A program made the position numbers and the translations under genes. From assembly GCA_030704615.1 (NCBI GenBank), contig CM060732.1, forward strand, positions 21,452,001-21,516,000: a stretch of 64,000 nucleotides of DNA, written 5' to 3'. Positions 24,308-36,399 of this stretch are shown piece by piece (position 1 is the first letter of the stretch; each line of letters opens with the position of its first letter). This stretch comes from Takakia lepidozioides. Lineage: Eukaryota; Plantae; Bryophyta. Under the pieces are notes generated by a model. That model saw only the letters and a list, made by a program, of their open reading frames with translations. It did not search any database and was not told the origin of the DNA.

Positions 24308-24799
24308 TCTCTGGTAGCATTGTCCCTTTCTGAAATACAAGTCCGCAATGGACTAATGCACAGTCTCCCAACGGACTCCTCCAGTCTCCCAACTGACTCC
24401 CACACAGTCTCCCAAGCATAGTCTCCCAACGGACTCACGCACAGTCTCCCAACAGAGTCACAGTCAACAGACTGCGAGCGCCAGTAAGCCAGTCTGCTGG
24501 TCAGTCTGCTGCCCACTCCAAAAGTCTGCTCACCACACTTCCACCTCATCCCTGCAACTTATGCCAATCCAGCGTCCCAGCGGACTCATGGACATGGTGC
24601 CTCCCAGACTAGGTACCAGACCCAGCAGTCCTAGCCTCGGCAGCGTACTGCTCGCACATTCAAGCTCAGCAGACTCGGGTGCACAGTGCATGGAAAAATT
24701 GACACCATTGTGTCCATTGAGTTTAGTGACAACATTACAAAACATGCCAGCACCCACAGTACACAAAAGTGCTCATCACCACTGGAATAGTAAGCGAAA

Positions 24800-27700
24800 A
24801 GACTCGCATTTTTATTTCGGTACATAGACTTCACAGGACAAGTACATCATACTCATGAGAGCAGTTTCTCTACATTGTCCAACCCCCGCACGATATACTG
24901 GGCACACTGCATTCGCTGCCCAAGTGCAAACTTGAAAGTAAACCAGTCCTTCGTGAAAGGTGTTCCTCTCTCTGGCTTTGCAGTCTTGGAGACATTTGCT
25001 CTGACTTTTACCCACATAAAACACTTGAATGAATGACATGACGTAAAAGCCACACTCCCAGCTGAATGGTTGCTGGGCACATCAGGCGCGTGGAACTGAA
25101 ATGCTTGGACAATCTCATGCCACTCTGGTGAGTCCATCGAGTACCCTAAGCACTCAGCATGAAGCTTCCGAATCCACCCTAGAACAAAGGGACATTTATG
25201 CGAGTCCCTGATAGAGTTCAGGTGAGTGTAACAGCCCTTGCGGAGGTCGATGATACAAACACTCCAGTGCCCCCTGCAATGGTATCAAACAACATGGCGT
25301 CATTGCACAATCATGATGGGCAGACTCAGCAGACTGACACTCAGCAGACCGACCATCAGCAGCACTCAGCAGACTCAATTCAAACCCAGTCCACTGCACA
25401 AATACAGAGGTCAACTTAATCGCTCAGAGTCAAGACGACACTGCGAAACCAGACTATGACTCAGGAGACAGTCTCAGCAGACTCGGAAGAGTTCTTACTC
25501 GTCCCAATTGGCACCAAAAATGAAATCGCACTCTTTCAAGTCCTTGCCCAGTCGTTCAGTGCTGAGGCAACCTTTCAAGACCTCCAGAAGGCTTTCATGT
25601 TGCCCCACCCCCAATGACTTCAACACCGTCCATGTCGACGTTGGAAGAACAGCAATAGTGTTGGTGAACGCAGCCTCAAACCGACTTCTCATAGAATCGA
25701 CACCACAGCTCCAGGAGTCTATCTGTGCACTCCGACTCAACCTTCTGGAGCCTTTATGTCATCCGGCGACAGTCCGCATTCAAACCGTGGGTCCCCTTCA
25801 AAAAACATCAGCATGGAATTACCCGCCTTCACGTGCAGAGCATGTGCTTTGCCAAACGAGCACCCATCCTGCACAGAGAGCACCATCCTTCGGGAAGCCT
25901 CATGTACTGAACAGACTGACGTCAACATGGTACCAAACACTCTACAGGCTGAACAATTCATCAGACTGACAAGACTAACCACAACAGACAATGATGAAAC
26001 CAGCAGAGAGACCAGCGTGCAGACTGACCACAACAGAGCGCAAAGCACTTAACGACAAAGACAGACGAGGAGACTGAGCACAGTACTCACCTGTGCTGCT
26101 CCAGGAAACGACCCACATCTTTGTCCATGTCCAAGGCCAGCTTGCGGTTCTTGTTCAAAGACGCCAGACTTTTTCTTCGCCGGTCTCTTGGTACTCGGAC
26201 CCTCCTCGACCTCCTCAGCATGGTCCACGACAGTCCGCTTCTTGGCTTTGCCTCTCCCCTGGGAAGCAGGGACAGCTGTAGGCGGGCTGGATAGAGCAGA
26301 CAAACGCAGTGCTGCCGCCCTACTTCGCAACAGAGGCTGGTCAGCAGGTTTGTTTACACTTGCTGGACCTGTCTTTGCAGCTTCGTGGGTCGCATGCGTA
26401 GAACTGACCCGCGCATCGGGGGGCGTGCTCACCCCCACACCTTTCTTGGTTGTCGATCCCACGTTTGCAGCATGGGCGGAAGATGTCATGTCCTCAGAAG
26501 TAGACAGTCTGCCGACGGAGGGACGAACATCCTGTGAGGATACCGAGCAAAATGTCGAATTAGCCCAATTTCACAATGTGCTAAAACATAAACAACAGTG
26601 CTGAAAGAGAGGAAATGCACAACCTGCCCAAGGGGTGAGGGAGCAGACTCCATGTAATCCAGCTATACCAGACGGGTGTCTGCGCCGCATGTGGTTCCTT
26701 GTCAGTGTGCCTGCAGCATGTTCAGTCTGTTGCTCAATGTGGGCAGTCTGCTCGGCCGCCGGTTCTTCGTCAGTCCTTTCGTCTGTGAACTGTGCAGTCT
26801 GCTGGCAACTCTGCGGTTCAGTCTCTTCCTCAATGTGGGCAATGTGCTCGGTGGCAGGTTGGTCGTCAGTCCTTCCCTCTGTGAAGTGTGCAGTGTGCTG
26901 GTCAGGCCGTGCAATCTGAACTGTGCAGTCAGAGCTGAGCTGTGCAGTCTGCCGCTCCGAGCCATCCTGGTCAGTCCTTCCATCTGTGACCTGTGCAGTC
27001 TGCTGGTTAGTCTGCGGTTCAGTCTGCTCATCAATGAAGACAGTATGCTGCCCCGCCACAGGTTGCTCGGCAGTCCTTCCATGTGTCCACTGTTCAGTGT
27101 GCTGGTCAGTCTGGTGGAGCCGGCTGGGTGTTCGGATCTCCATGGACTTGGGAAACATCAAGAACATGTATGGAAGACCCACCGGCAATTGCTTCCTCAG
27201 ACTCTTCTGTAAGATCTATGATACGGTTTTGCGTTCCCAGATTGAGTTCGGTCATCACGTAAGACTCATCTATGGCTTTCGCCACTGAGCGCACGAAAAC
27301 GGGACTAACCTGGAAGGTCATAGAAGGCAGGCCACGGGGAGCTGGATAAGAATGCTTTACCGGTGACCTGATGACGTCGTCAGTGAATGTGCCTGGGGAA
27401 AAGTGGACTCGGTCAAAACACTCATACTGCAGATCCAAAAACATGTTGTTGGGAACTCAGCAGAAATTCGTCCACAGGGTCCCGGTGAGGCCAGTGCATC
27501 CGAGTCTGTTGCACAATCCAGGGAACAGACTGGCTGTTAGTCTCCTGGATAGTCTGCTCGGCCATCTGCTGAGTGGGTTCGCCAGTGTGCTGCACAGTCT
27601 GCTGAGGGGCAATCTGCTGGCTGGATTCGTCGGTCTGCTGGTCTGCTGTACAGTTGCTGAGGGGCAGTCTGGTGGCCATGTTCGCTGGTCTGCTGCACAG

Positions 27701-30470
27701 TCGGCTAGTCTGTTGGCCGGTCTGTTCTCCGGTCTGCTGCAAAGTCTGCAAAGTTCGCTGCCCGCTCAGTACTGTTTGCACATACTGAGTATGTGTGTGC
27801 GGGGCAGTCTGCTGGGAGTGATCCGGCCTATTACCGGACGGTCTGGTGCACATGCTCGGTCTCCAGCACTTGGGCAGTCTGCCCACATGTGTCGTGGGGA
27901 ATATGTTGTTCGACATTCTTGTGGCCAGTCTGCTGGACAGTCTCCCGAACTCCTTGTAAAGCCAGGACAAGGTCCCTTGCACCTCTGGCAAAAGAGTCAA
28001 AAACAGCCTGCACTTGCTTGTCTCCCAGATCAACTCGCCCTGCAACACATGTTTATGCAAATGTGAACTTCTAAAAAAGTTGGCAAAAGAAATTGAGCTG
28101 AAACACGAAAGTTGCCCATAACATTTTACCTTCCAAGAGATTTCCGACGAGGCCAATGTCCTTGATTTGCCGGCACAGGCATGCTCCATCGAGATGAGCA
28201 ATGGCGCCGATGCGGTCTTCAGTTGGGATCCCACACCACAGGACTTTGAAGACATTGGGATTCTGCAAAACAATGTCGAATACTGCTCGCTCCATCACCA
28301 ATGCAAACCAGTGCAATGCGTCATCACCACAAACTTCTGTGAATGGTGTTCCATGGAGTAAGTCCATCCTCAACTATGCAGATCCTTCATCAACTTGTTG
28401 TATGATGCAATTTTCGCACCCAAAGGTTGGATGTGCCATAGGCATATGTCTGAGGTCTTCAGGCCGTGGGTCATCCATGAGAATCAGCTGCACAAGTAGA
28501 GGCGGCGCATTTTGGTCGCTTGTGGCTTCAATGGCAACAGCAGAGGCGGCTTCTAGAACATGGTTGGCTTCCTCAATAGAAAACTCCATGGAATAATGAA
28601 AGGGTACAAATGACCACCGGCGGTCCGCAACAATCCGGTGGAGCTCATTATGCCAATCCAAATGGGGATTAATTTCTCCCACCCTAAGCCGGGGAAGTGT
28701 GAGGTCTTCAGCTCCGGGTCGAATTACCGGTGATGGCGATCGCCAAACTGCAAAAAAGCGCCGTGCTATGTGAGAGAAAGGCAGTCTGCTGGTCCGCAGT
28801 GTTGGATGACAGGACTTCCATTGGCATGGGCTGCATGATGGGCTCCTGGAGAGGAGTCTGCAGGATGACAGGCTGCTCGTTGGGAGTCTGCTCGTTGGAG
28901 TCCTGCTGAACGGGAGTCTGCTGGATGACGGCCTGCTGAATGGGAGTCTGCTGGATGGCAGACTCGGCTGTCCCAGACGCATTCCCCCCCGACGCGTCTT
29001 GAATATGTAATGCCGCTATAGCAGCAGATGACCCAGGATACTTCAATAATATGTACTCTCGCACGCGGTCCACTTCCGCACGCACTGCAGTCGCTTGTAA
29101 AGGAGCATCATTGCTAGGTATCCGCCAAGCCTGAATGGCCCTACGAATAGAAACACGTTCATCCTGGTACACGGCAGAGAACTTCGACGTCAGGAACATG
29201 GACGTGGACTCTATATTCACCTCATGCAGCGGACTGGACTCACAGACCAGCAGACTGTAAACGTGCGTACGTAGGTGGAGGCAACTAGTAGACTATTGGA
29301 CTGGACCAGCGGACTGACAAACGGACTCAGTAAGTAATGCAGCGATATAAAACAGACTAACTGACGAGCGGAGAGTGAGCCAGCGGACTGAGGAGAGAAC
29401 GCAGCGGACTGACCAGACTGAATAGGCAACGTGACCCCGATGATGGACTCAAACAGCACAGAGAACAGACTGGGCGGTCAGACTGACCATTACCTCCTCT
29501 ACTTCATCATCGTCATCTTCATCTTCAAAGCTGTTCAACTGTTCCGCTGTCGGATGAATGTGCGTAGCAGACCTGACTGGGCAACTCTGTAGAAATAACG
29601 GAAGAAGTCTGGATCCCCAATTGGTGGGCACTCTGGTGGGAAAAGCCCAAAGTCAACGAGGCGCAATGTGCCAGGGCAGACTGGCCCTTCAGTGCTCTGT
29701 TGAGTTTTTGGTTTTGACCCTAAACCGATGGCATGGGTCGCGATATTTGTGTGAGTCTGCTGCCGAGTCTGGTCAGGCAAGTCAATGTCCACTGGACTTG
29801 TCACCCCTTCCAGGCCCTGAGCAGATTCACTTTCAGTATCAGTACTGATGGTGTGGGTCTGCCGCCCAGGACGGGGTTCAGTCTGTTGCGTGGATTTGCC
29901 CTTGCCTCGCGAGCAGACCTTGCAGCCTTCTCTTTTTTTTGCCTCCTTTTTTTGGGCCCCATCACTCAGTTTACGTTTTCTGGGAGCGTCCGGCGTTCCT
30001 GCACTTGCAAATCCTCCATTGACGGGCCACCACAATGGACGCCATACCGTGCGCGCACTTCGTCTAATTCCAAAGTGCGGGGGTCAAGCACTGATCCGCG
30101 CAAGCGCATTGTGGCCTCTTTGACAATCGACATTTCTTTCAGTATCGGCCAAGGCTTGAAATCCCGTGGAATCATTGCAACAGTCTCCTTGCAACCGTGT
30201 CAACACAATGCCGATTTAGTTGGATTTTGTCCTTGATACCTCTTCACAGAAGGGACAGAAGAGCTTGTCCTTCTGCCAATTCGAGTTTTGGGCTTCCGGG
30301 CGGAGGTCTACAAATGCTTCCACTATTTTATGATCAAACTCGTCTGGTGAGTACCAGTACCTTCGCTCCTTCTTCAGTCTGGTTTGGTGCACAAAATCCA
30401 CCAGTCCGCTCCACCTTTTCACAAGCATCCTCCATCGCTGCAGAATGAAACGAAGGTGCAAGGACAATGA
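24800..30470 (-). pseudogene. Second, convergent gene of the Mutator-like element: large multi-exon protein ending in a Ulp1-like (C48) cysteine protease
   Basis: P-QQPFSWECGFYVMSFI at about 25025-25085 (catalytic Gln/Cys motif), MLFDT at about 25285, DLKECDFIFGANW at 25500-25545. Upstream Q/T-rich repeats and globular exons at 28071-29220 and 29535-30467. Exon structure is not resolved. Confidence 0.7.
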
Positions 30471-32906
30471 GCGACAGCGACAGATAGAAGTCCTATGAAA
30501 AGACTCACCCTAAGCAAGAAGGGACACAGAATGGAATGGAAAACACCGCAACAAGTGAGAACCTCACCGAGCCGATGAACTTCGAGTTGTTACGAAGGCG
30601 AGCGTGTTTGCGATGCTTCGCGGCTCACCGCGACTCTCCACAAAAGAGGGAAACAAAACAGTGCAAAACTATGTGAAGAAATAGGCGCGAAGAGAATGGA
30701 GTCGATCGCATATGGAACATGAGAAGAAGAAAGTAGAAATAGAAGGGAAAGCGGGCATGGCACTGCCAACGTGGCGCGATTTCACAGGCGCCAACTATCC
30801 GCCGTCATCGCATTGAATACGTCCACCGAACGAACGCATCGTACTAAATTCATCCACGGTCCTCGCAAGTGCAGCAGACTCATTTTCCATCGGGCCGAGA
30901 GTCCACCGGACCGCCAGTCCAGCGGACTATTCGCTTTGCTGAGGCGAAGCGGCTTCATATTGGAGGCACTTCCCTGCCAGCGGAATGAAGACAAAAGAGA
31001 GTAAGGGGAGAACATGAAAGTCGAACACACCCATTGCAAACAGACTTGTGGCACAACATATTGATGCATGCACAGTCCAACAGACTGATATCCATAGAGG
31101 AGAACTGTCCAGCAGACGGACGTTTCGCCAGACTGGCGGAGAACAAGCCAAAAGACTGACCGGAGGGAAAATAAGAAGTCAACAGACTTAGTGCAACAGA
31201 CTTCCGACACAACAGACTAACAAATTCACAAGTGCAACAGACTGATATCCCAACAGACTGACTTCCAGCAGACCGCCTCCAAACTGACTCTTATGCACGC
31301 GATAAGGGGAATATCCGGAGCACTGACGGACCAGCGGACCCACTGTGAACAGACTCGCGACACAACAGACCTCAAACATCCACGCGCATTTGCAGATGCA
31401 ATTGTCTCAGACATCTCCTGTCGTGGCTCAGACATCTGCATTCAGCAGGTGCGTGTGGATGTTTGAGGACCTTACGACTGGATGGTGTTCCGTGACGACT
31501 CGAATTGCTTTTTTGTGCTGCCATCCCTTATATAATACCATGTGGATCCATCACAAAGCTGGGTTTCTTCAGATTCTCCACCATTTTCCACAACTTATGC
31601 ACGACGGATGCAAGCCGCTATACTTGGTCACATAAACAGTCCCATCGTCCGATACGAAATCTGCAATACACGCCCCCATGTACATACGCTTCCACCATTT
31701 TCGCGCCCATGTTACCCATGGGTTCCTTTAACGAACTAAACTTGTGAAGGCTCTCATGAGGGATGCAGTACGAAGGGGCTAAACGTATCATGACGGATCA
31801 CAAGCAGATGACGTTATCGACGACAGATGTCCGCATTTTCCATATTTATGACATAGAACCAAACCATAAAACGAAGGTTCCCGAAAGCACAACAAGAAGG
31901 CAAAAATAGTGGAAGCATATGCACGATGGTGGCTGTAGTGCCGAGACAGTCCTCTCATGTTCAAGCACACGCTTCGTCATCATCATGAACATCGCGCGCA
32001 AAAGAAGAACAGTCGTGTGCATGGAAACGCCTACCGCAACATCGGACAACAAACAGCCGTCAAAAGAGAGCGGTCGGGATTTGGTGGGAAGATCATTGCC
32101 ATTTTCGCAGCCCTAAAAATGGAGGGCTCGGATGGGTTATGGGAATGGACGGTGGCGATCCTGTGCCGTCAGCGGACTGGATGGCAGGGGACTGGCCAGC
32201 GGACTGGCGGACTGGCAGACTGCTGGGCAGCCGACTGGCCAGCAACGGACTGACAGACTGGAGGGCAGCGGACTCATGGGCGGGGGATTGGTCGCGCGGC
32301 GGACGGGGGTGCGGGCACGGTTGCTGCAGCCGCGCCCGCGGCTGGGCGACCGCGCGCGCAGGGGGGCGGGGCGGGGCGGGCGGGGTGCTGGGGAGCCGGG
32401 CGTCCTTGCACGGGGCCCACCGGCCACGTGCCCATTGAAGACCCTATTATCTTAAAATGAGAGGCGGCCTCATGGAGTGGAGACCCAACTCTCCACCCTA
32501 TGGCCCAAGAAGTTTGGGATTAAAATAAAATATTTTTGTTTGATCATGATCGTTTCATCATGACCCATGAAGACCAGCCCAAGCGTGGTAGAAATTGGGC
32601 CCAAGATTTCTTGGGCTTGGGCCCTAGTGTAGCCCTAGGAATTCTAAGCTTGCGGTGCCTCGAGTTCACTTCAGCATCCTCAAAGCCCATCGGGGATTTG
32701 CCATTGATCGGGGAAGACGTAGTGCCAGGTAATGGTTGACTCTGAAGTCCTTGTGCAGAGGTTTTGATCCTTCCCCTAGGAGAGATCAAAGGAAGCGATG
32801 AGCTCTTGCCTCCTCCTCTCGCTACACCTGTCACGTGCTGCAAGCAGAGACCCCCATGCCCTGCACCCCTCAGTCATCAGATCTGCAAATATCTTATGCA
32901 GCAATG

Positions 32907-33560
32907 CTATGATGTTGGGGAAACGCTCCTCTCAAACATATAAGCACATCTAGACTTCCAGAGAGCCCACAACCTATGAGCCCGCAGGCAGGACCATACC
33001 GGACAAGAGTCCCAAAGATGGCCCTGGGCCCAATTCAGGAGCAGCAGAAGAGGGGAATGAGAGCAACCTGTCCTCCATTTAGAGTAGAAATCAGATACCA
33101 TTCTCCACACTTTGGCTGCAAGCGGGCAGCTGACAAGGCAGTGCTCTATCGACTCTTCCACATTACCAGGGCATAAGAGACAGGCTGGATTGCCATCATA
33201 AGAGTGGGCAGCTACGGGTAGAATTCTGTTGGCTATTTTCCAAGGAAAAGCTGAGACCTTTGAGGCCCTGTCTTTACGCCAGATATCCTTCCAGATAAGC
33301 TTCCAGTGGATTCTAGCATTAGGAATGTGATGCCACTTTCTTGCCAATTTGACAGCGAAACTGGCAGTACCCAGTGTACCCAAAGAATGGTGACTTTTTG
33401 GGGCAGTACCCAGCAGCAATCTATATCCTATCTTTGCAGTGTACCCAAAGAATGGTGACTTTTTGGCATTCATCCAAGCCCACTCCCCCGGATCAAACTG
33501 CAGGCCAGCCAGAGGAATGGAAAGAAACCAGTTTAGTCTGCCCACCGGGCCTCCATTCCC
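32907..33560 (-). mobile_element. LINE ORF2 3' fragment with zf-RVT
   Basis: WKDIWRKDRASKVSAFPWKIANRILP, CLLC..EESIEHCLVSC and LWALWKSRC...F. Confidence 0.85.
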
Positions 33561-33866
33561 GGAGGAGGGACTAATAATAATAATAAAACCAGTAAAAAAT
33601 TTAAGTTTTTCTATATTCTTCATGCATAACATTTGAAGAGGGCAGGGCCTTTGACAACGGGTCAATAGATTGGATGGAAGCGAAGCGAATATTGGTCCCA
33701 CGACCCACATTCTCCCCGCGTGTATATATGGACGATAGAAACACAGAAATTGGTGCGGACATCTCTCCTGTCCAGGGTTGGCGGCGGGATCAGTGACAAT
33801 CTGAGTCACAAGAGCTCTAGGTGATTTTTCATTCTTTTCATTCTCTTGAGTTGAATCAAGCAAGCA

Positions 33867-36256
33867 ATGGCAGAACCTATCGAAATCAGCAACACGGGTG
33901 CTACGAAGGATACAATCCCCAGTTCTGATGAAGAAGGCATGAGATGTGCACTGGTAGCGTCAGAGCTGGTTTTGGCGTTTTCAAAGTCTATGGTTCTAAA
34001 GGCAGTTGTACTGCTAGATGTACCGGACATCATCGCCAAAGCTGGACCTGGGGCTGTTCTATCTCTTGAAGAAATTGCTGCCCAGCTTCCGAGCGAGAGT
34101 GTGGACATTCATTGCCTCCTCCGCGTCATGAGAGCAGCGGTAGTTTACGGCATCTTCAGAGCAACACATCTTACCTCGGATTCTGGGAAAAATTCAACTC
34201 GGTATGCGCTCAATGGGGTTTCCAAATTGTTTGTGAAGCACAACAGCAAAAACTCCTTCCCTAAAGTGCTCAGCATGGTATTGCACAAAGTGACCCAAGC
34301 GCCTTGGCATCATCTTCATGAGTCGGTTCTTTATGGGAAAACCCCATTCACGGCAGCGCATGGGACGGTGAGATTGCCAGCTGATTGGCATTGAACATGG
34401 ATACGCATCCGCTTGTAGAGATGCATGTACCCGACTCTATCTACTAGTACCTGCTCCTTGAAATGGACGTACATTATATATACTGAAGTCACGTCGTACT
34501 AGAAGGTAACCACAGTTCGTGCTTCGTATTCATTTCATGTCAAAATTGTAGATCTACAGAGATCTCGACTAATCGTACTTATGAAGTGGTAAGGAATTTT
34601 CAATGTTACTTCAGGAGCTATCAAAAGTATGATCCGTGTTCTGGAGACTATGCTTCTTCAAGTTTGTAGCTGACTCGGATCTTACTCTCACACTTCGATT
34701 ATATCCACGTGACTACATCCATATTATAAATGACCGACTCTTGCACTCACTTTGTGAATTACTGCTGTTCCGGTCGTCTGGATGCATGAGTGTGTGACCC
34801 CACGAGCTTTTGAACGATAGACCTTTGTTTCGTGATAAATCGAAAATTGCAACTACTGTTGCAGAATGCATGGGACTACACGAGTCAGGACCCTGAATAC
34901 TCCACAGTTTTCCATGCTGCCATGGTGGGTGTAACTTCATCGGTGACGAATAAAATTGTACAGTACGACGGATTCAAGGACATCAAGACTCTTGTTGACG
35001 TTGGTGGAGGCACGGGCCAAATGCTCGCAGACATTGTCAAGGCGCATCCGCACATCCATGGCGTCCTCTTTGATATGCCCCACGTTGTGGCCACGGCACC
35101 CACTATTCCTGGTATGAAGTCACCTGAACTACAATGTCCGCACATGAGCTGGGCTGGTCTGTAAAACGATTCTACTTTTGAGTAGATGATATTTGAACTG
35201 GGATAAACACTTCAGCACGTCCGTATACCCATAACCCAGGCCCCACTTAGTCCATTTCTTCTTGTGTGCATTGGTTTCTACCCTTGCCAAACTCATGCTT
35301 GTGAGACTAGCTAGTACTTTGCCACGTACTGTTGCACAGGCTTTGCACTATGGTCATAAGAGGGTTAGAATTTGTCGGCATCTGTTTGTAGCTGTGATGC
35401 TCAACAGTTCAGAGATTTTACCCAATTGTTGAGATCTGTTTGGGCAGGAGTCGAGCAGGTAGGAGGAAACATGTTCGAGAGTATACCAAGCAGCGATGCC
35501 ATCATCATAAAGGTATGTCAAACAATCTGCATCTTCTATGAGCTTCAAGTTGGTTTGGCGTGTTTCAAGTGTTGAATTTAGAGTGTCCGATCCGTGATCA
35601 TGATGATCCACATCCAGCTCGTTGCACTAGGAGAAGAAACAACAGAAATGAAGAGAAGTGCTGTTTAGTGAGGAACACGCTCTAGTACAGTCAGAGCTCT
35701 CTGGGTGTATGAACTGATGAGACTAGAAATAAGTTCTTCACCAAGTGCTTGAAGATCACAGTTGTTGGTTTTGACCTTCCGGGGATTAATATTGCACTCA
35801 CATTGACTGAGTGCTAAGTGGGACCCTGCGCCCAAGTTACTAGTCGAATTACTAGCAGGCAGAGAAAGAGAGTGACAGTCTATATGTGTGGTGGTGATGT
35901 TTGAATGGAGAGCTGCACAGATGATCCTACACGACTGGGATGACGATCGGTGTGGCCAAATCCTCGAAAACTGCGAGAAGGCACTTCCAGCTAATGGTAG
36001 ATTGATTATAGCTGAACAAATCCTGCCCTCTGAGGAAGATGACAATCTGAGCAATCCTGCCGCCAGTAGAGGCCGCACAGTTGCGCGGGATCTCCTCATG
36101 ATGACACAAACCGAAGGTGGCAAGGAGAGAACAGAGGAGCAGTACCGGCATATCCTAGCTGCTGCCGGTTTTCAGAACATCAACTTGGTGCAGCTCACAT
36201 TATCCAACCAATATACCTTTGGAATCGAGTCGCTGATTGAGGCTTACAAGAGTTGA
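33867..36256 (+). CDS. SAM-dependent O-methyltransferase, COMT-like; exons 33867-34367, 34865-35111, 35448-35512, 35921-36256 (382 aa)
   Basis: Dimerisation domain (SMVLKAVVLLDVPDII), LVDVGGGTG, FDMPHVV, GGNMF, ILHDW and GGKERT. GT-AG junctions keep the frame, including the 65-nt third exon typical of plant COMT-like genes. Confidence 0.93.
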
Positions 36257-36399
36257 TCTCTCCCACATGTTTTGAGCTTCTCATGTTTGTGATGTTCTGA
36301 GGCATTCATCCGCAGAACCATGGAAATAAAGTCCAAGCCCCAGGACATTCCTGCAAGGTTAGAATGATCTTTGACTCGAATGCTACCCTGGTTACTTAG

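Larger units (their letters stand above)
20301..32465 (+). mobile_element. Mutator-like DNA transposon, about 12.2 kb, with long GC-rich TIRs
   Basis: TIRs at 20301-20722 and 32106-32465 start GCCTCTCATTTTAAGATAATAGGGTCTTCAATGGGCACGTG. Flanks CCTCCTGGAG (20291-20300) and CCTCATGGAG (32468-32477) look like a 9-10 bp TSD. It contains a MULE/SWIM transposase. Confidence 0.92.
20091..32635. mobile_element. MITE (PIF/Harbinger-like ends) split by the Mutator-like insertion; halves at 20091-20300 and 32466-32635
   Basis: Left end GGGCT....ACACTAGGTCCCAAGCCCAAGA is the inverted match of right end TCTTGGGCTTGGGCCCTAGTGTAGCCC. Both halves contain GCCCAAG repeats. Confidence 0.7.

Noticed and set aside
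32907-33863. 318-aa ORF as a host gene divergent from the OMT
   Set aside because: It is a LINE zf-RVT fragment fused by chance to promoter sequence.
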